Shown here: in pieces, positions 1-7,348 of the stretch | Layout: each line of letters starts with the position of its first letter | Numbering within the stretch: position 1 is the stretch's first letter | Assembly: GCA_963674785.1 (NCBI GenBank) | Contig: OY771555.1 | Span: 1,216,001-1,280,000 of the forward strand | Reading direction: 5' to 3' | Origin: Caldisericia bacterium | GTDB taxonomy: Bacteria > Caldisericota > Caldisericia > JAAYUI01 | DNA: 64,000 nucleotides | The notes under the pieces: model-generated | The model's database searches: none | Told to the model about the DNA's origin: nothing | What the model saw: only the letters and a program-made list of their open reading frames with translations | Position numbers and translations under genes: made by a program

Positions 1-201
1 TGTTCCCACACCAGACCAGATCGCGTATGCCACTGCAATATCTATCTCTTTTAAAGCCATCACAAGAGTGACGATGCTTATCGCATAGAAAACAAAAACA
101 AGAATCGATGGAGTGAGTTTTGTAAAACCCTCTGAAAGCTTCATCATCGTCGTTCCAGTTACTTCAAAAGCAATTGCAAGTGTTAGATATATCCAGTTCA
201 T
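1..201 (-). CDS. SMR (small multidrug resistance/DMT) family efflux transporter, 3' end beyond window
   Basis: Not in the ORF track. Reverse strand from ATG at 201 reads MNWIYLTLAIAFEVTGTTMMKLSEGFTKL...IAVAYAIWSGVGT, with the SMR helix-1 Glu, KxSEGF and AYAxWxGxG motifs. AAGGA SD-like site upstream. Confidence 0.9.
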   Translation of the reverse strand, partial: MNWIYLTLAIAFEVTGTTMMKLSEGFTKLTPSILVFVFYAISIVTLVMALKEIDIAVAYAIWSGVGT

Positions 202-272
202 TATTTGATCCTTTTGTTTCGGAGATTTTGACACTGGAGTTAGATTATTGTTTTATTTATGTTTACACAAAT

Positions 273-302
273 AAAAAGGACTAGCGAAAGTCGCTAGTCC
301 TT
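273..302 (-). terminator. Rho-independent terminator downstream of trxA
   Basis: Stem AAGGACTAGCGA/TCGCTAGTCCTT with a 3-nt loop; A-run at 273-277 gives a U-tract on the minus strand. Confidence 0.8.
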
Positions 303-326
303 CGAAAATCTTGGATTGTTTCAATT

Positions 327-653
327 CTATAGATTGAAGTTTGCTTTGATTTTTGCTTCGAGCATTGGTTTTGGAACAGCACCTATGAGTGTATCGACTC
401 TTTTGCCGTCCTTGTAGAAAAGGATTGTTGGAATTGATGTAACTCCGTTTGCTCCTGCGAGTCTCTGCTGCTCATCCACGTTGATTTTTGCAAATGTGAT
501 TTTGCCATCATATTGACCTGCGAGCTCCTCGATGACTGGACCAATCATTTTGCAAGGGCCACACCATGGTGCCCAAAAGTCAACAACTATTGCTTCTCCA
601 GCTACGATTTTTGCCTCGAGCTGGTCATCTGTCATATTCAATTTTTCACTCAT
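327..653 (-). CDS. trxA: Thioredoxin
   Basis: VDFWAPWCGPCK active site, KINVDE and SIPT motifs. Start placed at MSEKL (653), preceded by GGAGG SD. Confidence 0.96.
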   Translation of the reverse strand: MSEKLNMTDDQLEAKIVAGEAIVVDFWAPWCGPCKMIGPVIEELAGQYDGKITFAKINVDEQQRLAGANGVTSIPTILFYKDGKRVDTLIGAVPKPMLEAKIKANFNL

Positions 654-675
654 TTTTTCCTCCTGTATCTCTTTG

Positions 676-702
676 AGACCTTGACAAAAAATTTTAGTCA
701 AG
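676..702 (-). promoter_or_regulatory. Candidate operator CTTGAC-N11-GTCAAG upstream of trxA
   Basis: Inverted repeat at 680-702; 21/26 nt identical to 48409-48434 upstream of hsp20. Confidence 0.45.
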
Positions 703-754
703 ACCTTTCAGATTTCAATAAATAAATTATTAAGCTTGTCTATATCACCAAAAA

Positions 755-1276
755 TTATGGGTTGTACTCAATCCTGTCCGCTGGAATTTTGTCTTTTATT
801 GCTTCGAAAAAATCTTTGTGGTTTATGATTGAAAAGCCTCCGATCTTGTTTTCCTTCCAATCGATTTCTACAAAATACCCAGTCTTTGCACTATACAGAG
901 TCCTTTTTGAAAAATGAATTTGAAAATGATTTCTTTTTATAAACCGGATTGTCTTTATGTCATCGAAGTCGATAGTTTGAGAAAAAACTCCATCTTTTTG
1001 ATCGAACCCGTAATGCAGGTTTTCATTGATTTTTATAAACAGATTGAAAACTCTTGTTTTATATTTCCATACTTGGTAAAGCATAACCAATAAAACCCAT
1101 AATATGAAGAATAATGTCGCAATCCAGAAATAGCTAAAATTTGATTTATTGTAGGTAAGTGTGATTATTAGAAATATAAACTCAAAAAATAATACAATCT
1201 GCAAGTGTTTTATTAAGCTCAAAAAGAAGACAAACTTATATGAAATTTTCTGCTCCTCGAAAAAACTGTTTTCCAT
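755..1276 (-). CDS. Hypothetical membrane protein (2 TM + bacterial PH-like domain), paralog of 1280-1798
   Basis: Two hydrophobic helices, then IDFDDIKTIRF and VEIDWKENKIGGFSIINH, matching the neighbouring gene. Confidence 0.6.
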   Translation of the reverse strand: MENSFFEEQKISYKFVFFLSLIKHLQIVLFFEFIFLIITLTYNKSNFSYFWIATLFFILWVLLVMLYQVWKYKTRVFNLFIKINENLHYGFDQKDGVFSQTIDFDDIKTIRFIKRNHFQIHFSKRTLYSAKTGYFVEIDWKENKIGGFSIINHKDFFEAIKDKIPADRIEYNP

Positions 1277-1279
1277 TTT

Positions 1280-1798
1280 TTACTTAACCTCCTTCTGAAT
1301 GAATTCTGGTGCAATTGTGAATTTGTCGCCTACGTAATCTCTAAAAACACGAGAAAGTTCCTCATGATTTCTAATCGAAAAACCATGTTTTTTGTTGTCC
1401 CCCCAGTCCACTTCGACCATGCGACCAATCTTTGCAATATAGTTCCACCTGCCGCCTCGCCCTAGCCTGATGCCGAGTCCTCCAGCCCTCCAAAGACCGT
1501 ACTCTACGAGACGAGCTGATTTGATTTGGTCAAATGGGATCGATACGATGAATGGTCTGAAGCCGAATTCAAGTTTTTCCTCGTCAGCTCTGACATAGAG
1601 AAATCTGAAAAAATAGGTCAAAACAAAAATTATCACAATATCTATTGTGAGAACAAATGGGATTACTACCTTTAGTTCTGAAATATCCTCTGGTACAAAA
1701 ATAAAAGGGATGACTACAGCAGCAATTGTAATTGCAAGAATAAGGATAATAACCCACACAAACCCAGCCATCTGTTGTTTTTCTTCAAATAACCACAT
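1280..1798 (-). CDS. Membrane protein (2 TM + bacterial PH-like domain)
   Basis: Two TM helices, IPFDQIKSARLVEY and GGLGIRLG motif typical of small bPH-domain membrane proteins; promoter abuts the start codon. Confidence 0.7.
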   Translation of the reverse strand: MWLFEEKQQMAGFVWVIILILAITIAAVVIPFIFVPEDISELKVVIPFVLTIDIVIIFVLTYFFRFLYVRADEEKLEFGFRPFIVSIPFDQIKSARLVEYGLWRAGGLGIRLGRGGRWNYIAKIGRMVEVDWGDNKKHGFSIRNHEELSRVFRDYVGDKFTIAPEFIQKEVK

Positions 1799-1804
1799 GT
1801 TTGT

Positions 1805-1833
1805 ATTTTATATGGTTTTTTGATTTTTGACAA
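1805..1833 (-). promoter_or_regulatory. sigma70-type promoter, leaderless arrangement
   Basis: TTGTCA-17-TAAAAT-6 nt-ATG(1798); no SD. Confidence 0.6.
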
Positions 1834-1837
1834 GCAT

Positions 1838-1870
1838 AAAAAAAGACCATCCTTGCTAGGATGGTCTTTT
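1838..1870. terminator. Rho-independent terminator after NYN gene
   Basis: AAAAGACCATCCT/AGGATGGTCTTTT stem flanked by A and T runs. Confidence 0.8.
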
Positions 1871-1895
1871 GAATATATATCTAGTTTGATATGCT

Positions 1896-2705
1896 TTACT
1901 CTTCGTCTGAATCTTTGTTTGATGTGATCTCAGATACTATCTCGTGTTCACGATTGAGCTTGATTGCAACAACAGAACCAGCAGGAAGTGATGGTGCTTC
2001 AACCTCATATTTTTCAAGGACATTGTGCTCAATAAGACCATTTAAGAAGTCAAATTTTGCCGCGAGTTCATGACCTACGAGTGAATCTGGGAGCATTGTT
2101 TTTGCTACTTTTGAAAGCCCAATGTAGCTCATTGAACTCTTTTCCCATCTGTTCATGAGTTTTACAAAGGTTTTGACTGCAATTTCTGGGTCAGCAGTTT
2201 CTGTTGGTACAAAACCAAGAACCTGTTCGATATCAATGAAGCTTGTTGCAGCTGTAATTATTTCAGAACCTGTTGATGATTCTATGCCCATCAAATGAAC
2301 TTCTTTTCCCATCCTGGTTAGTTTATAAACAAGATCGGTGAAATTATTATTCCCGGTAAGGAGGTAGAAATGTTCGACATCTGGGTGGTTGAGAGCAAAC
2401 TCAATGCCGTCCATACTCATGATAAGGTCGGTGGTTGATTCTTTATTGTCTCCACCATAACGTCTTCTTTTATGAGCGAATCTTATTTCGAGACCAAGAT
2501 TGTGGATTTTTGCCATCAGATCAACAAATTCAACCCAGTCCGCATATGATGTAGCCATGTATATCCTGTGTTTTGCTCTGATGTGATCAAAAAGATTTGG
2601 TAAAAATAATTTTAGATCAAGATCCTGATGATAGGCGTTTTTGAAACTATACCAGATATTTTCAAAATCCATCATTATTGCGCAGCCACTCTTAGATTCA
2701 AACAT
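1896..2705 (-). CDS. NYN (LabA/DUF88, PIN-like) domain protein with degenerate active site
   Basis: IMMDFENI, YADW, DLIMSMD, and LLTGNNNF in place of the usual SGDxDF; GKEVHLMG follows. Confidence 0.85.
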   Translation of the reverse strand: MFESKSGCAIMMDFENIWYSFKNAYHQDLDLKLFLPNLFDHIRAKHRIYMATSYADWVEFVDLMAKIHNLGLEIRFAHKRRRYGGDNKESTTDLIMSMDGIEFALNHPDVEHFYLLTGNNNFTDLVYKLTRMGKEVHLMGIESSTGSEIITAATSFIDIEQVLGFVPTETADPEIAVKTFVKLMNRWEKSSMSYIGLSKVAKTMLPDSLVGHELAAKFDFLNGLIEHNVLEKYEVEAPSLPAGSVVAIKLNREHEIVSEITSNKDSDEE

Positions 2706-2766
2706 TAGTTTGGTCTCCTTAATTAATTTTAAGTTTATTACATCAATCTGGGGATAACATTCCAGC

Positions 2767-3501
2767 TCAATCTCTCATTCTAGCATAAATCTCAGGCAAT
2801 GCAATACCTGATTTCAAGGGAATTACATAGTCAGCAAAATCATCAAGCTCGGATTCTTCAGGGTTTATGAGTATCACAGTTGCCCCACTTTGTTTTGCGA
2901 TGACGGCAAGGTCAGCAGCAGGTCTTACCATTCCGCTTGTTCCAATTACCATGTACACTTCACAATTGATCGCGGCGTGAACCGATTCATTCCATTCCTT
3001 TTGTGGTAAGGGTTCACCAAACCAGACAACATCTGGTCTAATCATTCCGCCACAATATGGACATACTGGTGGTTTTGGGGTTTCCTCTTCCAAAACAAAT
3101 CCGATTCCGCAGTCAAGACATTTGTTTCTGAAGATATTTCCGTGGAGCTCAAGAACCTTTTTAGAGCCGGCCTTGATGTGTAGATCGTCGATGTTCTGGG
3201 TTGAGATTATTATTGACTCAAGGTGTCTTTCCAATTTTGAAAGTGTAAGATGTGATGGGTTAGGTTTGACCCCTCTAATTCGTTTTCTCCGTGACTCATA
3301 CCACTTCCAGACCTTTTCAGGCTGTGATTTAAATCCGTTTACGGTTGCCCATTCCATTGGGTTTAAGTTTGCCCACACCCCATCATTTTCTCTGAAAGTT
3401 GGAATACCAGATTCCGCAGAGATCCCAGCTCCTGTTAGACAGGCAACCCTTCTTACCGTGGATAAGCACTCAGCAACCTCATAGAACAATTCATTGTACA
3501 T
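2767..3501 (-). CDS. cobB: NAD-dependent protein deacylase (sirtuin, class III/CobB)
   Basis: GAGISAESGIPTFR, TQNIDDLH, ELHGNI, two CxxC, RPDVVWFGE, GTSG; WYxxR desuccinylase-type motif. Confidence 0.95.
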   Translation of the reverse strand: MYNELFYEVAECLSTVRRVACLTGAGISAESGIPTFRENDGVWANLNPMEWATVNGFKSQPEKVWKWYESRRKRIRGVKPNPSHLTLSKLERHLESIIISTQNIDDLHIKAGSKKVLELHGNIFRNKCLDCGIGFVLEEETPKPPVCPYCGGMIRPDVVWFGEPLPQKEWNESVHAAINCEVYMVIGTSGMVRPAADLAVIAKQSGATVILINPEESELDDFADYVIPLKSGIALPEIYARMRD

Positions 3502-3585
3502 ATTTGTAGGTTATTCTATATGTTAACTTAATATTTTGCAAGTTGATGTTTTGTAGATGAGTTATTTTTTATACTTTTGAATCAC

Positions 3586-3614
3586 TTGAAAAACTTTCTC
3601 TGCGTCAGTAAATT
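3586..3614 (+). promoter_or_regulatory. sigma70-type promoter, leaderless arrangement
   Basis: TTGAAA-17-TAAATT-6 nt-ATG(3621). Confidence 0.55.
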
Positions 3615-3620
3615 TTAGAT

Positions 3621-4427
3621 ATGACAATCAATTCATCGGAAGAAATCTATGGAGATTTAGGCAAAAAACTCATCCTTGAAAATCTCTTGGAGTTTTATCG
3701 TCTAACATATTCGGATTTCCCGGGTGTCAGGCTTGTTGATATTCCTGATTATTTCTATTACGAAAGCATTTCTCCAGAGCTTGAAAACTATTCTTTTAAC
3801 AGGGTCGTTTTCTGTAACACAATCGAAGAAAAAATTCGAACTTTGTTGGATAGGTTTAGTAATGTTCCGTCTGCATTTTGGACACCTCCAGAGAGTAAAC
3901 CAAAAGATATAAGAAGTATTCTTGTCGAGTATGGGTATGAGCTATTGCAAGATTGTCCGGGTATGATTATGGATTTGAGTGATGATAGAGATAAGTTTTT
4001 TATTGAATCAGATTTGGTTATCAAAAAGGTTGTTGATTTAAAAACGTCAGGTGACTTTATCAAAGTCGACAAGGTGAAATACAACAGAAAACCAATAACA
4101 GGTGAATCCATAGGCAGAAGGTTTGAGGTTCTTATGTCTGTAGCATCACCTTGGGAAAGATGGGTAGGATATTTTGATGATGTTCCGGTTGCAACTGCTG
4201 CATCCTTTACATTCAATGGAATTACCGGTCTTTATTCAGTCTCAACTCTTGAAGAGTTTAGAGGGCATGGTTTTGGAACAGCAATAACTGTGCAACCGAT
4301 TCTAAATGCTATTAAAAAAGGAATCAATCGATTTGTTCTTCAGGCTACTGATAAATCTGTCAGAATCTACAGAAAGCTAGGATTTATTGAAATTTGCAAA
4401 TATGGATTTTGGAGTAGCAAAAAATAA
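3621..4427 (+). CDS. GNAT family N-acetyltransferase
   Basis: C-terminal VSTLEEFRGHGFG acetyl-CoA motif, LQAT and IYRKLGF. Confidence 0.9.
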   Translation: MTINSSEEIYGDLGKKLILENLLEFYRLTYSDFPGVRLVDIPDYFYYESISPELENYSFNRVVFCNTIEEKIRTLLDRFSNVPSAFWTPPESKPKDIRSILVEYGYELLQDCPGMIMDLSDDRDKFFIESDLVIKKVVDLKTSGDFIKVDKVKYNRKPITGESIGRRFEVLMSVASPWERWVGYFDDVPVATAASFTFNGITGLYSVSTLEEFRGHGFGTAITVQPILNAIKKGINRFVLQATDKSVRIYRKLGFIEICKYGFWSSKK

Positions 4428-4535
4428 ATTTACAATACTACATGACTATTCCTTATTTGATGGGGAATAACTCATACAAGACTTAAAAACGCTTTTTGGT
4501 TTTAATGAAATGTAAATGAATTGATATATTGACAA

Positions 4536-6137
4536 GTGTCTGTACCTCCGAATAATGGGAGTGTGAGGAAGGGTACTGCTATTTCATTTTTCTTGGTACT
4601 GATGTTTTTGATTAGCATCACTAGCAGTGGTATGATCTTTGGAATACAAAGTATTTATGATTATCGTTGGTTGACTAGTCGTGGTGGATATGAGAGGAAA
4701 ACTTATTGTAAAAAAACTATCCATTTCCCGTATAGTGCTTTATGGAATGCTGTTATACCACAAACACACTCAATCCTTGCCTATAAAGATTATTTGATCG
4801 TCATAAGACCAACAGAGGCAATTGTTTTTCAGCATGAGACGAAATCAGAATTACACACTGTAGAGTTCGATGGTAAGTGCCTTCCTGTTGTCTACAACGG
4901 ATTTTTGATGACAGTTAACAATAATGTTCTTGAGGGACATAATCTTTCCGATGGACTGTTAGAATTTGAATACAATATTGATCAAGGAGACCCTCTTTTT
5001 TTACTTCCCTACGATGACTTTATTATTATTGTTACAGATTCGAATTATCTTATAAAGGTTTCTGATAGTAATGTAGTTAGTAAACTTCTTCCAAATGAAA
5101 TATCTACTTCGCCTGTTATTTCAGGTGATAAAGTTGTTGTCGCATGCAATGATTATAATATCTATTTCTATGATTTTGATTTGAATCAAGTTGCTGTCAG
5201 CTCTCCAATTGGTGAGGTGACAGATTTGGTGGGTTTTGACGGCAAAAGTGTTGTTGCAGTAAGAAAGGGTGGTGGTTCTGTAGCTCTTGCCTTAGAAGAT
5301 GGGAAAAGAATATGGAGTAATCTTTATCCAAAGGGGAGAAATCTACACGCAGTTTCAGATGGCTCGAAAATGTACCTTTTGGGAAGCGATAGTGGAATCG
5401 TTGCAATAAGACCAGATGGAAGGACAATTTGGACTAATCGTAAGATATCTCCATCATATAGCGGAATATCTGGAAGATTGATATTGGTTTGCACCCGCGA
5501 TGGATTACTTCATCCTATTCAAACATCAACTGGACAATCCCACATGTTGTACGCTACACCTGGTAATGTTACATCAACTCCAACTATCTTAGACGATAAA
5601 GCCTTTTTGATATGCGGACCAAATATTGTAGAGCTCTCAACATCTCCATATAATAAGTACCTTGGTTTTGAGTGCAACTTGGATTTTGATTTGCTTTGTC
5701 CAGAGAAGGTCTACAAAAGAGATATTTTTGTAAAAAATATTTCAGATAACATCGTAAATGCTAGAATCTACTGTATGGTCAAAAATGCTTCTGTTTCAGA
5801 AGAATCATTGAAGTTGGTTCCTGGTCAAACCGCCAACATTGAGCTTACAGTAAAAACATTTGGAGAGATAAAGCTTCAAGAATGGGGAGAGCTGATTATC
5901 GATACTTCATCTTACAGATATAGACTGGGTGTGAGATACGTTGTTGAGCAAATCCCTGGCGATTGTAACCTAGATTGCAAGGTTGACGCAACAGATTTGA
6001 TAATAATTGCAACATGCATGGGAAAAAGGTCATACCATCAAGGGTACAAAAAAGCATATGATTTCGATGAGAATGGTATAATTGATAATCTTGATGTAGA
6101 GATTTTGATTCAAAATTTTGGCGTTGACAGAAACTAA
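4536..6137 (+). CDS. Secreted PQQ-type beta-propeller protein with Ig-like domain and C-terminal dockerin-like EF-hand pair
   Basis: N-terminal hydrophobic segment; SPVI/DGKRIW/DGRTIW blades; GDCNLDCKVDATDL and DFDENGIIDNLDV duplicated Ca-binding loops. Start may be 4563. Confidence 0.75.
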   Translation: MSVPPNNGSVRKGTAISFFLVLMFLISITSSGMIFGIQSIYDYRWLTSRGGYERKTYCKKTIHFPYSALWNAVIPQTHSILAYKDYLIVIRPTEAIVFQHETKSELHTVEFDGKCLPVVYNGFLMTVNNNVLEGHNLSDGLLEFEYNIDQGDPLFLLPYDDFIIIVTDSNYLIKVSDSNVVSKLLPNEISTSPVISGDKVVVACNDYNIYFYDFDLNQVAVSSPIGEVTDLVGFDGKSVVAVRKGGGSVALALEDGKRIWSNLYPKGRNLHAVSDGSKMYLLGSDSGIVAIRPDGRTIWTNRKISPSYSGISGRLILVCTRDGLLHPIQTSTGQSHMLYATPGNVTSTPTILDDKAFLICGPNIVELSTSPYNKYLGFECNLDFDLLCPEKVYKRDIFVKNISDNIVNARIYCMVKNASVSEESLKLVPGQTANIELTVKTFGEIKLQEWGELIIDTSSYRYRLGVRYVVEQIPGDCNLDCKVDATDLIIIATCMGKRSYHQGYKKAYDFDENGIIDNLDVEILIQNFGVDRN

Positions 6138-6169
6138 AAAAGAGGCTCAAAATTTTTGAGCCTCTTTTT
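6136..6169. terminator. Bidirectional Rho-independent terminator
   Basis: AAAAAGAGGCTCAAAA/TTTTGAGCCTCTTTTT between convergent genes. Confidence 0.85.
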
Positions 6170-6194
6170 GTTTTAGGTTTTAGATTAAAAGATG

Positions 6195-7172
6195 TTAGGG
6201 GTATTGCTCGCCAGTATCTGTCTTGATCATCAATCTGTGAATATTCATTTTCCCACCGATGATGAAGAAATCTAGATGATCTGGATTCTTGTCATCTGTC
6301 CATGATACGTTTATAATTTTTTTCTCCTCAGGATCAAGCTTGAAGATATCCTCATCAATTTCAACGTCTCCACCTTTTGGTGTTTCAATGAAGACGGGTC
6401 GATCTAGTTTATTTGTTATCGCAATTGGTCCTGGTCCTGTGAGTTCCTTTGGGTTGAAATCAACTCCAGATGAAATGTTTACGGTTACTGGAACGATTGC
6501 GCTTGCTTGTGCGCCAGAAGATTCCTCAAGTGAATTGATAAATATTCTGCTATTCCATACCCCGCCTGTAGTTGCAACAGAGCTTGTCCTAACATAAAAA
6601 ATTCCAACTCCACCTGGAGCTATTATTTGGGATTCAGGACTGATATATAACCACGGCTCAATTGAGAAAGCTGCTACATTAATTGACTGTGACATTGGGT
6701 TGATAACAAAAACTTGCTGCAACTGTCCTTGCTGCATCTCAAGTGATCTTGGGATTGTTATCAGTTCAGGTGTTTCGTTAGAGACGTTTACGATAACCTC
6801 GACCTGCGATAAAACCTGTGATTTTTCACCAGATAAAACTTCAACCACGTCGACCTTTGCTCTGTATTTTCCAACTTCAAGATTGCTTCCATCAATCGTT
6901 ATTTCAATTTCATCATTCAAGTCCGGACCAACGATGCCTTTTGAAGGGTTTACTTCGAGCCAATCGGAGTCTTCCTCAACCAAGAACCTCTGATAGTACT
7001 CAGTTGCCCCCAAGACCTCAATTTTTTTTGTGTGAGTTTCCCCGGGTGGAATCGTTATTTCGAAAGAACTTGGATTCAATACGAAACCCGCTCCCGCAAA
7101 AAGAGGTGCGCCTAATCCTATCATAAGGATAGTAACTAACGTAACAATTGAGATAACCTTAATAACTTTCAT
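6195..7172 (-). CDS. Secreted protein with tandem BACON/Ig-like domains
   Basis: Signal peptide from MKVIKV (7172, with TATAAT 6 nt upstream); DWLEVNPSKG and PWLYISPES BACON-like motifs. Confidence 0.7.
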   Translation of the reverse strand: MKVIKVISIVTLVTILMIGLGAPLFAGAGFVLNPSSFEITIPPGETHTKKIEVLGATEYYQRFLVEEDSDWLEVNPSKGIVGPDLNDEIEITIDGSNLEVGKYRAKVDVVEVLSGEKSQVLSQVEVIVNVSNETPELITIPRSLEMQQGQLQQVFVINPMSQSINVAAFSIEPWLYISPESQIIAPGGVGIFYVRTSSVATTGGVWNSRIFINSLEESSGAQASAIVPVTVNISSGVDFNPKELTGPGPIAITNKLDRPVFIETPKGGDVEIDEDIFKLDPEEKKIINVSWTDDKNPDHLDFFIIGGKMNIHRLMIKTDTGEQYP

Positions 7173-7348
7173 GTTTATATTATATATCAACATGCAGAAA
7201 GGTTCACAAGTCTCATGATGTAAACTCTTAACTGCTTTTATCAAAAGTAAATATATTAACAAATTGTCAACTCCTTTGAAAAATATATGGTTTTATATTG
7301 ATAATTATTTGCTACAATCATAAGCTGTATGTGTTATTGGAGGTAAAT

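Noticed and set aside
202-326. Guanidine riboswitch upstream of the SMR gene
   Set aside because: No ykkC or mini-ykkC (ACGR-loop hairpin pair) motifs; the only strong stem is the trxA terminator.
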